This document shows positions 22,349-30,685 of a stretch of DNA of 62,127 bases, in pieces. The translations under genes and the position numbers were made by a program. The DNA is from an uncultured Actinomycetes bacterium (GTDB lineage Bacteria; Actinomycetota; Actinomycetes; Nanopelagicales; Nanopelagicaceae). The notes below the pieces were generated by a model. It was given only the letters and a program-made list of their open reading frames with translations. It made no database searches and was not told where the DNA came from. Location: NCBI GenBank assembly GCA_903838475.1, contig CAILYP010000218.1:1-62127 (forward strand), written 5' to 3'. Positions within the stretch are counted from its first letter, which is position 1, and the number at the start of each line of letters is the position of its first letter.

Positions 22349-23346
22349 TTTCCCAACCTCCCGTCGGCAATTGCAATTAGTCTCTTCGCTTTTAGCTCTG
22401 TCTCTTCCCACTCGCCAACTGGGTCACTCCCCCACGTAATGCCAGCGCCAGTGCCGAATTTGAGTCTGTCATCTTCGCGCCAAAAAGTGCGAATGGCAAC
22501 AGATAGAACACCATTTATGTTTGCCCCACTCTTCTCAACCCATCCCAGCAAGCCGCAATAAACTCCCCGGGGCCCCTCATTAGCTTCTATAAATGCAGTC
22601 GCTGAAGATTTAGGTGCTCCAGAAATAGAGCCAGCTGGTAGGAGTGCTGAGGAAAATTCTGTCCAGACAAAATTTTCGCGCAACTTTCCGACAACATCCG
22701 AAACTAGATGAAATAAACCAGGGTGTTCTTCTACTCCAAGCAGCCTGGGCACTTCAACACTGCCGTCCTCGCAAATCCGACTTAAATCATTTCTCATGAG
22801 ATCAACAATCATGACGTTTTCTGATTGGTCCTTTTCGCCAAACGCTGAATCTGTTGATGTACCTTTAATAGGACTTGTCTTAAGGTGCACACCATCTAGA
22901 TCTGTTGTGATGGATAGGAAAAGTTCTGGTGATGCGGAAGCAATCTCTTTGCCATCACCTCTGAAATAGGCTGCATATGGAGCCGGATTATTTTCAAGCA
23001 AAGTATTGAATAATCCGGTTAGCGATTCTGAAGATTTTCTAGAAATAATCCGGCAAGCATTAACTTGATAGAAATCACCGTCGGCGATTGCCTCTCTCGC
23101 TCTGGAAACATAATCGGTGTATTCATCTTTATTCATCGTTGAATCCCAGCTCGCACTGGTTGGTTGCCACACATCTTGGAAGGGCAAGCCCTCGAGCACA
23201 TCAGCAAATCTGATGAGAGTCCACTGGCCCTCGTAATCCACTTGGATAGCCCAGAATCCATCGCTTTCAAGGGCAGATGGCTCGTGTGAAATCTCGATGG
23301 CGCGGGTGGCTAATCGACCGCCCATCCAGAAGCACTCTGCACTCAT
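22345..23346 (-). CDS. pabB: aminodeoxychorismate synthase component I (short, chorismate-binding core only)
   Basis: Chorismate-binding motifs (SPELF, GAPK, RGVYCGLLGW). SPIKGT carries the lysine typical of PabB rather than TrpE. Translationally coupled to pabC. Confidence 0.75.
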   Translation of the reverse strand: MSAECFWMGGRLATRAIEISHEPSALESDGFWAIQVDYEGQWTLIRFADVLEGLPFQDVWQPTSASWDSTMNKDEYTDYVSRAREAIADGDFYQVNACRIISRKSSESLTGLFNTLLENNPAPYAAYFRGDGKEIASASPELFLSITTDLDGVHLKTSPIKGTSTDSAFGEKDQSENVMIVDLMRNDLSRICEDGSVEVPRLLGVEEHPGLFHLVSDVVGKLRENFVWTEFSSALLPAGSISGAPKSSATAFIEANEGPRGVYCGLLGWVEKSGANINGVLSVAIRTFWREDDRLKFGTGAGITWGSDPVGEWEETELKAKRLIAIADGRLGK

Positions 23347-23453
23347 GTCACAAATCTAGTCCGAGTACGAAGTTTGAGATTGGATTGGCTACCGCCCCGC
23401 CCTGTGCGGTAGATTTCCCCTCTGCTCGAAAGGGCAGCCTCTGCAAAGAGTGT

Positions 23454-23526
23454 GCGGACGTAGCGCAGTTGGTAGCGCGGAACCTTGCCAAGGTTCAGGT
23501 CGCCGGTTCGAACCCGGTCGTCCGCT
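23454..23526 (+). tRNA. tRNA-Gly (anticodon GCC)
   Basis: Hand-folded cloverleaf: acceptor GCGGACG/CGTCCGC, anticodon stem GAACC/GGTTC with loop TTGCCAA, T-loop TTCGAAC, discriminator T. No encoded CCA. Confidence 0.9.
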
Positions 23527-23537
23527 CGCAGGAAAAT

Positions 23538-23611
23538 GGTCGGATGGCCGAGAGGCGAGGCTCAGGACTGCAAATCCTGCTACACGGGTTCAAATCCCGT
23601 TCCGACCTCCA
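23538..23611 (+). tRNA. tRNA-Cys (anticodon GCA)
   Basis: Acceptor GGTCGGA/TCCGACC, anticodon stem CAGGA/TCCTG with loop CTGCAAA, T-loop TTCAAAT, encoded CCA. Confidence 0.9.
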
Positions 23612-23702
23612 TAATTAAACACCTGGGTGCGAGATTCACGAAAACCACTAGAAATACGAGAACCTCGTTAACCTTGTTAACCACGAGAGCGAAAGGAAAT
23701 TG

Positions 23703-24065
23703 ATGAACGCAACTGATGGTCCCAATCGTCCTTGGGGTCGCTACGAAGTTCTTCAAGACTTACCCACTCACAAAGTAAAAGCCATCTGGGTCGAACCCGG
23801 TAAACGCCTTTCTTATCAGCGCCACCAGCATCGCAGCGAACATTGGTACATCGTCTATGGGACTGCCGAAGTCGTCGTCGATGACGTTTCATCTATTTTG
23901 CAATCAGGCGATACCGTCACCATCTTGGCAACTCAGCTACACCGCATTGGAAATGTAGGCAAAGTTCCCATGTGCTTTATCGAAGTTCAGACCGGTACAT
24001 ATTTCGGTGAAGACGATATTGAGCGTATTCAAGATGACTACGGTCGCGATGACGAGGCTAAATAG
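23703..24065 (+). CDS. cupin-domain protein (type II phosphomannose isomerase C-terminal cupin-like)
   Basis: RPWGRYEVL...KVKAIWVEPGKRLSYQRHQHRSEHWYIVYGTAEV matches the PMI-type cupin signature. ATG 23703 follows GAAAGGAAA. Confidence 0.8.
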   Translation: MNATDGPNRPWGRYEVLQDLPTHKVKAIWVEPGKRLSYQRHQHRSEHWYIVYGTAEVVVDDVSSILQSGDTVTILATQLHRIGNVGKVPMCFIEVQTGTYFGEDDIERIQDDYGRDDEAK

Positions 24066-24113
24066 CCACAGAGTTAGGATAAACTTTCGCACGCGTTAAA
24101 GAACAAAATGCAA

Positions 24114-24185
24114 GGATCGTTGGCTCAGCGGTAGAGCACCACATTGACATTGTGGGGGTCACTGGTTCGATCCCAGTACGGTCCA
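24114..24185 (+). tRNA. tRNA-Val (anticodon GAC)
   Basis: Acceptor GGATCGT/ACGGTCC (one G-U pair), anticodon stem CCACA/TGTGG with loop TTGACAT, T-loop TTCGATC, discriminator A. 72 nt, no CCA. Confidence 0.9.
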
Positions 24186-24361
24186 CTCTTAGTTGAAATT
24201 GAACGGTTTGGTACATCCGAGCGATCCGGGCTTTCTAAAGTTGCGTAAAAATCGCAAATTTTCCTAAGGAGAACCCACTCAATATCGATTTTGGCTGATA
24301 CGTTACCGCTGGTAAAAGTCCACGCATCTTTGGATGCCCACCCCCACCCGGAGGTTGTTAT

Positions 24362-25867
24362 ATGAACAGCAGGAACCAAAACCAGGGCAAGCTAGCTAAT
24401 CCAGAACATAAATTAGCGGCAAACGTATTGGGACTCTTTGAGTCCACAATCATGGGAATTGCGGGTTCGGCACCTGCATACTCAATCGCGGCAACAACGG
24501 TAACTTTGGCAATCACTGTTGGACTCTTTGGTCCAGGTGAACTGCTTTACTCTGGAATTGCAATGTTTGGTGTTGTGATCGCTTTTCATTACATGGGCAA
24601 AGTTCGACAGAATGCTGGCGCTACATACATTTGGGTTCGAAATGCGCTGCACCCAATTTTGGGTTACTTAGCTGGTTGGTCACTTGTAACGGCCTCAATA
24701 ATATTTGGACTTGTTTCTACTGTTCCTGCTTCGACAAGTCTGCTTTCACTTTTTTCAAATAATGAAAAACTAGTAAGCAACGTGCACTGGACCACGCTGG
24801 TAGGTGCAGCGATTTTCATATTTATGGTCGCCATCATCGCGTACGGAATAAAGTTCACGGCAAAAGCTCAAATCATCATGACCGTGACCGAACTTGGTTT
24901 ACTTTGGATATTTGACGTAATCGCGCTGCTTCATCACCCTCACGCACACAAATTTACGTGGAACTGGTTTTCATTAAGCCAAATCAAGTCATATGCGATT
25001 CCTGATAACGTACTAGGAACCGCCGGTAGCTTTGACTCAAAGTACGTCGTTGCAACTGGCATTAGCGCAGTATTGATTGGCGCGGTATCGGGTGCATTCT
25101 TCTACTGGGGTTGGGATGTAACAGCTAATCTCAACGAAGAGACTAAAGATGGCGCATCGACCGCAGGTAAAGGTGGAATTTTTGGCGTTATCTTTGTCTT
25201 CTTCACTTTTCTCTTAACCATTGTTGCAATCAACATGGTACTTAGCGATGCAACTCTTTCTTCGAGTGGAAGTGTTCTGAGTGACTTTGCCGCAGTGATC
25301 ATGCCTGGATGGTTCGGTAAATTCATCGTTGTTTCAGTTCTTCTTTCAACTGTTGCGACGATTGAAACCCAAATGATTCAAGTTACTCGTACGCTTTTTT
25401 CAATGGGCCGGGCGTACTCGATGCCAAATTCTTTTGGCCAGGTGCACAAGAAGTTCCAGACTCCATGGAATGCAACCGTTTTCACAACTATTTTTGTTCT
25501 CCTTTTCTTCATAGGATCACAATTCATTAAGTCCGTAAATGACATCGCACAAGCTGGTGTAGCCGCAATTGGTATCCAAATTTGTTTCTATTACGCGCTG
25601 GCATCTGTCTCGGTGATTGTTCTGTACCGCAGGCACCTATTTAAGAATATTAAGACATTCTTCTTAGTTGGAGTGTGGCCAGCCTTTTCTGGACTCTTCT
25701 TGATAGCCGTACTCATCAAAGTAATACCTACTTTGGATAATCTTGCTCTGTGGGTTGGAGTCGGAACGGTTGCAATTGGACTTATTCCAATGACAATTTA
25801 CTGGTCACAGGGCTCTGAGTATTTCAAGCGGCCAACTGCAGAAGAGCGTCACGCACAGCTTCACTAG
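24362..25867 (+). CDS. APC-family amino acid/polyamine permease
   Basis: 501-aa ORF with about 12 hydrophobic segments and an APC-like N-terminus (GLFESTIMGIAGSAPAYS). GGAGG lies 7 nt upstream of the ATG. Confidence 0.8.
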   Translation: MNSRNQNQGKLANPEHKLAANVLGLFESTIMGIAGSAPAYSIAATTVTLAITVGLFGPGELLYSGIAMFGVVIAFHYMGKVRQNAGATYIWVRNALHPILGYLAGWSLVTASIIFGLVSTVPASTSLLSLFSNNEKLVSNVHWTTLVGAAIFIFMVAIIAYGIKFTAKAQIIMTVTELGLLWIFDVIALLHHPHAHKFTWNWFSLSQIKSYAIPDNVLGTAGSFDSKYVVATGISAVLIGAVSGAFFYWGWDVTANLNEETKDGASTAGKGGIFGVIFVFFTFLLTIVAINMVLSDATLSSSGSVLSDFAAVIMPGWFGKFIVVSVLLSTVATIETQMIQVTRTLFSMGRAYSMPNSFGQVHKKFQTPWNATVFTTIFVLLFFIGSQFIKSVNDIAQAGVAAIGIQICFYYALASVSVIVLYRRHLFKNIKTFFLVGVWPAFSGLFLIAVLIKVIPTLDNLALWVGVGTVAIGLIPMTIYWSQGSEYFKRPTAEERHAQLH

Positions 25868-25883
25868 TTGGAGTTGATCTCGA

Positions 25884-26765
25884 CTAATTCAACCAGTAGT
25901 CGTTTATGTACTTCTCGCCTTCATCGCAGAAAAAGGTGACAACAGTCGTAAGCCCAAGTTCTGCCTTGAGCTGTTTTGCGGCCAGCATATGAGCACCTGA
26001 TGAAGGCCCGACGAAAATACCGTGCTCTCTAGCTAGTCTGCGCGTTTCGGCGACTGCATCATCAGAATGTATATGAATGAAACCGTCAATCTCTTTGCTA
26101 TGCCGTTCAATAATCCCTGGAATAAAGCCATCTGATATTCCTTCAATCAAATGCTTTGCAACTTCACCGCAAGCGATTGTGCATGATTCTGAAGGTTCGA
26201 GGGCATAACTCAAACAGGCGGGATTTACTTCTTTGAATGCGCTACCGACGCCAATCAACGTTCCGCCGGTACCTACTCCCCCGACAACCAAATCTGGTTT
26301 AGATGAGAGGCCGCGCAGGATTTCTTGTCCGAGCCAATCGTGATTTTCAATAACATTCCATTCGTTATCAAATTGTTGGGGAGCAAAGTATCCAGGTTCA
26401 TCAGCTAGTCGACGTACTTCGGCAAGTGCGCTATTAACATGAAAATCCCCAAGTGTTCGCACTTCGGCTCCAAACGCTTTTGATATTGCTATGCGTTCTT
26501 GGCTCAAACCTTCTGGAGTTATGACCAACATTTTGTAACCCTTGACTGCAGCGACCATACTCATTGCATTACCAGTATTGCCACTACTTGCTTCAACAAT
26601 GATGTCTCCGGGTTTTAAGATCCCTTCTAATTCAGCACGCTCAATCATGTATTTAGCGATGCGAGCTTTAATAGATCCGGATGGATTGAGGTACTCCATT
26701 TTTACAAATATGCCTTCGATGTTTATTAGGGGTGTATTTCCAATCGCATCCAGGATTGTTTTCAT
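25884..26765 (-). CDS. cysteine synthase family PLP-dependent enzyme (CysK/CysM/CBS-like)
   Basis: PLP lysine context NPSGSIKAR, the SSGNTG loop and GVGTGGTLIG. 293 aa. Exact specificity cannot be determined from sequence reading. Confidence 0.8.
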   Translation of the reverse strand: MKTILDAIGNTPLINIEGIFVKMEYLNPSGSIKARIAKYMIERAELEGILKPGDIIVEASSGNTGNAMSMVAAVKGYKMLVITPEGLSQERIAISKAFGAEVRTLGDFHVNSALAEVRRLADEPGYFAPQQFDNEWNVIENHDWLGQEILRGLSSKPDLVVGGVGTGGTLIGVGSAFKEVNPACLSYALEPSESCTIACGEVAKHLIEGISDGFIPGIIERHSKEIDGFIHIHSDDAVAETRRLAREHGIFVGPSSGAHMLAAKQLKAELGLTTVVTFFCDEGEKYINDYWLN

Positions 26766-26842
26766 GCCTTGACGCTATCAACTGAGTCAATAGGTGGCTA
26801 TACTCAAGCCACTGCAACGAACAACAGATAGTTAACAGACTT

Positions 26843-26927
26843 CTGCGCTGTGGGGTAGGAATCCGGAGGACCCGGGCCAACTTAGAGAGAAGTAAAGGGG
26901 TGATTCCGGCGCAGGCCGGATGACGCG
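26843..26927 (+). promoter_or_regulatory. candidate structured 5' leader of unknown class, with mutually exclusive helices around the ribosome-binding region
   Basis: Nested helices CTGCGC(26843-48)/GCGCAG(26909-14) and GGAATC(26858-63)/GATTCC(26902-07). An internal hairpin (CCGG/CCGG stem, AGGAC loop) spans 26863-26875. A competing hairpin CCGGC-GCAG-GCCGG (26906-26919) covers the GG of the only SD-like GGA, 7 nt before ATG 26928. A TATACT -10-like hexamer sits at 26799-26804. Confidence 0.3.
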
Positions 26928-28340
26928 ATGGCTAACATCGACCCTTATATATTGCGACATCTTTCAAACATGCAGCCAGATTTATATTGGCTCGATTCAG
27001 ATCCGTTAGAACCTCAACCGCATTCCCTGTTAATCGGTGATGTCACAACTGATTTATGCGTCGTGGGCGCTGGTTACACAGGACTATGGACTGCCTTGTT
27101 AGCCAAACAAAGAGAGCCCGAACGCGAAGTAATCATTATTGAGAAAAGCTGGACGGGAGCAGGAGCTTCTGGCCGTAACGGCGGATTTTGTAATAACTCT
27201 CTTACTCATGGCTTCGTCAACGGGTACGCGCGATTTGCAGATGAGATGGCGACTATCGAACGTCTTGGGCGCGAAAACATGGATGCAATCGAGGCAACCA
27301 TAAAAGAATTTGGAATTGAATGCGATTGGCGCCGAACAGGAGAACTTCGCGTCGCCGATGCGCAATGGCAAATGCCGTTGCTTGTAGAAGAAGCTCGCTT
27401 GCGTAATGAATATGGCGACCACGTTGAAGTTTTATCGAAGGAAGAAACTTTCGCTCGCGTTGCATCGCCCACCTACACCGGAGCGCTCTGGGATCCAGAT
27501 GGAACTGCCCTTGTTGACCCGGCGCGTTTGGTCTGGGGACTTGAGCGAGCTTGCCTCAAGCTGGGTGTAAAAATCTTTGAAAATTCAGAAGTAACCTCCC
27601 TTGAACGAACGCGTGACGGAATGATTGTCCACGCACCGTATGGCAGCATCTATGCGCAAAAAGTTGCCCTTGCAACAAACGTATTTCCATCCTTAGTCCG
27701 AAAGGCCCGCAAGTTCGTTGTTCCTGTTTATGACTTTCAACTTGTGACTGAGCCACTTACTGCCGAGCAGCATGAAGCAATCGGTTGGAAGGGCCGGGAA
27801 GGTATTTCGGAATCGCGTAACCAGTTCCACTATTACCGAATGACTGCTGAGGGCGAAATTTTGTGGGGTGGTTACGATGCAATTTATAACTTCCGTGGCA
27901 AGGTTCGAGAAGAATACGAACGCTCGGCTGATACCTACGCACACTTAGCCGCAGATTTTCTTGAAACATTTCCCCAACTCAAGGGCATTAAATTTACTCA
28001 CGGATGGGGTGGAGCGATCGATACATGTTCTCGCTTCTCACCATTCTGGGGCATGGCGCATAAGGGCCGGGTCGCTTATGTTCTTGGCTTTACAGGTTTA
28101 GGAGTAGCTGCAACGCGCTTTGGCGCAGATGTCATGCTTGATCTTTTAGACGAAGTTGATTCTGAACGGACTCGACTAAAAATGGTTCGCAAAAAGCCAA
28201 TTCCTTTCCCGCCAGAGCCCTTCCGATGGTTACTCATTCGGTTAACTCAATGGTCGATTAACAGAGCAGATCATCATGAAGGTAAGCGCAACTTGTGGCT
28301 AAAGCTTCTAGATTCAATCGGTTTAGGGTTCGATTCATAG
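26928..28340 (+). CDS. FAD-dependent oxidoreductase (DAO family, gamma-glutamylputrescine/amine oxidase-like)
   Basis: 470-aa ORF with the dinucleotide-binding motif VVGAGYTGLWTAL and then GASGRNGG. Confidence 0.8.
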   Translation: MANIDPYILRHLSNMQPDLYWLDSDPLEPQPHSLLIGDVTTDLCVVGAGYTGLWTALLAKQREPEREVIIIEKSWTGAGASGRNGGFCNNSLTHGFVNGYARFADEMATIERLGRENMDAIEATIKEFGIECDWRRTGELRVADAQWQMPLLVEEARLRNEYGDHVEVLSKEETFARVASPTYTGALWDPDGTALVDPARLVWGLERACLKLGVKIFENSEVTSLERTRDGMIVHAPYGSIYAQKVALATNVFPSLVRKARKFVVPVYDFQLVTEPLTAEQHEAIGWKGREGISESRNQFHYYRMTAEGEILWGGYDAIYNFRGKVREEYERSADTYAHLAADFLETFPQLKGIKFTHGWGGAIDTCSRFSPFWGMAHKGRVAYVLGFTGLGVAATRFGADVMLDLLDEVDSERTRLKMVRKKPIPFPPEPFRWLLIRLTQWSINRADHHEGKRNLWLKLLDSIGLGFDS

Positions 28341-29015
28341 GTGAGCACGCTCCTTCTTCTTAAATTAACCCTTGGTCCAATCATGGTTCTATTTGCACAC
28401 TTTCTGCAGAAAAAATATGGGCACGGAATTGGCGGCAGATTGATAGGCCTACCAATTACAACTGGCCCATTTATCTTGATTGTGTGTTTACAAGAAGGTC
28501 GAGCTTTTGGGGCACACGTTGCACATGGCGTATTGCTTGGGCAAATTGCACTGTCCATGTATTGCTGGGTCTATGCAATGGCATCTGCAAAATTCAATTG
28601 GTGGGTCTCACTTTCGATTGGAACAGCAACGTGCCTTGCCACCGGCTACGTGACGACTCAATACAAAATTTCAACTCATGCAACAATCATTTTGCTTGCG
28701 GCTGTGTGGATAATTGCCATGAAGTTCTGGCCACCTGCTACGTCGTTACCGATGAAAGTTTCCTCGCCCCCTTGGGAATTGCCAGCCCGCATATTGGTAA
28801 CACTTACAATTCTCTTTGGTCTTTCAACTCTTGCCCCACATTTAGGTGCAAGCATCTCGGGCGCCTTCTCGACCTATCCCGTGATTGCTTCAGTTATTAG
28901 CGCTTTCAATCATCGGAGATACGGACCCGCTGCGACGATGGCAACCCTACGGGGATTGATGCAGACGCTGCCTCTTACTATCGTTTTCATTGCCGTCTTG
29001 GCCTATACCCTCTAA
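28341..29015 (+). CDS. hypothetical polytopic membrane protein
   Basis: 224-aa ORF with about 6-7 hydrophobic segments. Its GTG start directly abuts the stop of the oxidoreductase (TAGGTG). No family recognised. Confidence 0.6.
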   Translation: MSTLLLLKLTLGPIMVLFAHFLQKKYGHGIGGRLIGLPITTGPFILIVCLQEGRAFGAHVAHGVLLGQIALSMYCWVYAMASAKFNWWVSLSIGTATCLATGYVTTQYKISTHATIILLAAVWIIAMKFWPPATSLPMKVSSPPWELPARILVTLTILFGLSTLAPHLGASISGAFSTYPVIASVISAFNHRRYGPAATMATLRGLMQTLPLTIVFIAVLAYTL

Positions 29016-29037
29016 TTCCCTTTAATACCCTTTAATC
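29013..29037. repeat. 10-bp tandem repeat, 2.5 copies (TAATTCCCTT TAATACCCTT TAATC)
   Basis: Read directly. The first TAA is the stop of the membrane-protein ORF. TAAs at 29013, 29023 and 29033 fall in three different frames. Confidence 0.9.
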
Positions 29038-29077
29038 AAGAACATATGTCTGCGCAATAAAGTACCTTTCAACCACT

Positions 29078-29677
29078 ATGCATCGCCATCTCAGCACTGT
29101 CACTTTCGTCGTCGTAGATCTTGAAACGACGGGTGGTGCTCCTTACGGGGGAAGTGAAATCACAGAGTTTGGAGCAGTGAAAGTTCGTGGCGGTGAAGTT
29201 CTCAGTCAATTTTCTTCCTTTGTATCTCCCGATGGTCCAATACCTCAATTCATTACCGAGCTCACCGGGATCACCGATGAGATGGTTGCTGACGCACCTA
29301 AGATTGATAGCGTCTTACCGCAGTTTTTTGAATGGTGCGGGCCCGCAGTAGAAACCGTCTTGATCGCGCACAACGCTCCATTTGATATTAGCTTCCTGAA
29401 AGCTGCAGCCCTAAAGCTGGAATGTCAGTGGCCGGATTATCCGATTTTAGATACTGTGCGAATAGCCCGATGTGTTGTTACTAAAGACGAAGTGATTAAT
29501 TACAAACTTTCCACCCTTGCTGAATTTTTTGAAACAGAGGTTCAGCCAACTCATAGAGCTTTGGATGATGCTCAAACCACTGTTGAAATTTTTCATCGAT
29601 TACTCGAGCGCTTAGGTAGCGCGACCCAAACTCTTGCTGAACTTAATTCACTCAAGCGGAGCAAGTCAGCGGGCTGA
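29078..29677 (+). CDS. DEDDh 3'-5' exonuclease (DNA polymerase III epsilon-like domain protein)
   Basis: Exo motifs VVVDLETTG, AHNAPFDISFL and HRALDDAQTT. 199 aa. Confidence 0.85.
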   Translation: MHRHLSTVTFVVVDLETTGGAPYGGSEITEFGAVKVRGGEVLSQFSSFVSPDGPIPQFITELTGITDEMVADAPKIDSVLPQFFEWCGPAVETVLIAHNAPFDISFLKAAALKLECQWPDYPILDTVRIARCVVTKDEVINYKLSTLAEFFETEVQPTHRALDDAQTTVEIFHRLLERLGSATQTLAELNSLKRSKSAG

Positions 29678-30669
29678 ATGAGAGCAATCTCTTGCGAAAG
29701 TTGGGCCCATGATTCAAGCAAGGCCATGGCGGCGCCAGATTCAATTGCTTGTCTAGCCATCACCAAACCATTTGCAAGCTGTTGCTCAATTGAAAGTCCA
29801 AAATCAGCTTTAAACGCAGCAATACCAGCGGCTGCATTAAGTGTCACTGCGTTCTTTGCCGCGCTCTCTTTGCCGCTCAAAATTTCGCGAGATTTTTTTG
29901 CGATCTGCGTGAGATCTAGACCCGCCAACTCGGAATAAGATGCTGATTCGATGCCTAAATTAGTTGGATCAAATCTGTCGATACGAATTTCGCCATCAGC
30001 TACTTGATACACCGTGCTTGGGGTCGCTAATGACAATTGTGGCGATCCATCATCGCTGCGGAAAACAAATCCTTCAGAACTGCGTCGAACCATCACATTA
30101 GCAATTAGTGATAGATGTTCTTCTTTTGCTACGCCCACAGAGAGCACTTTGGGTTTAGCGGGATTGGCTAAAGCCTCTAAGAGATCAAATATCGTAGGGA
30201 CTGCTAGCTCTGCTCGAGCGAGCGCAGTGTGGCTAAGTACCGGATGAAATGTAGGCGCGTAGCAAAAACCAATACCAATGCGGCGAACTATTTCGGCAAC
30301 CCCGGCGCCATTGACATTGATATTGATACCAAGTGCTTCAAGAAGATCAGCTCCCCCATTGTTAGAAGCCAACGAGCGACTTGCGTGTGTCACAACACGA
30401 GCACCAGCCGCCGTTGTAACAATTGCAGCTAATGCTGAAATATTTAGGGAATGGGCTCCAATCAGACCGGTGCTCGCAAGATCGACGGCTCGATCTGGGA
30501 TGCTGACGGGTGTGGCGTATTGATACATCTGTTCAAGGGCTGCGTTTAATTCCTCAGCCGCGTTCTGACCGGTAAAGATATCGCCCGTAGTCCAGCTGAT
30601 ATCAGAAGGCGTTAGGTTTTCTTGCGATTCTAGGAGCTCTTGCCAGCGTTCTGGCCAAGAAAACTGCAT
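29593..30669 (-). CDS. anthranilate phosphoribosyltransferase (TrpD)-like protein with degenerate catalytic motifs
   Basis: Collinear similarity to TrpD (IGIGFCYAPTFHP, ANPAKP, NAVTLNAAAGIAA), in the trpD position next to ctaE-qcrCAB. However GTGGD reads STGLI, KHGNR reads THASR and GLDE reads GSPQ. Start trimmed to ATG 30669, just after the upstream gene's stop. Confidence 0.7.
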   Translation of the reverse strand: MQFSWPERWQELLESQENLTPSDISWTTGDIFTGQNAAEELNAALEQMYQYATPVSIPDRAVDLASTGLIGAHSLNISALAAIVTTAAGARVVTHASRSLASNNGGADLLEALGININVNGAGVAEIVRRIGIGFCYAPTFHPVLSHTALARAELAVPTIFDLLEALANPAKPKVLSVGVAKEEHLSLIANVMVRRSSEGFVFRSDDGSPQLSLATPSTVYQVADGEIRIDRFDPTNLGIESASYSELAGLDLTQIAKKSREILSGKESAAKNAVTLNAAAGIAAFKADFGLSIEQQLANGLVMARQAIESGAAMALLESWAQLSQEIALIQPADLLRLSELSSARVWVALPKRSSNR

Positions 30670-30685
30670 CGGTTTAGGTAATCTC

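Noticed and set aside
23454-24185. Integrated mobile element or prophage at the tRNA-Gly/Cys/Val cluster
   Set aside because: No integrase, recombinase, transposase or phage-like ORF occurs anywhere in the window. I could not find a duplicated tRNA 3' segment that would mark an att site.
26766-26927. Assignment of the long cysK-like/oxidoreductase spacer to a known riboswitch class (SAM-I/IV, TPP, glycine, ykkC/guanidine-I/II/III, ZTP, glnA)
   Set aside because: Both strands were compared by eye with the remembered consensus cores. There are only loose resemblances (TAGGAATCCGG versus ykkC TAGGGTTCCGG) and the other invariant blocks are missing. It is kept only as an unclassified candidate.
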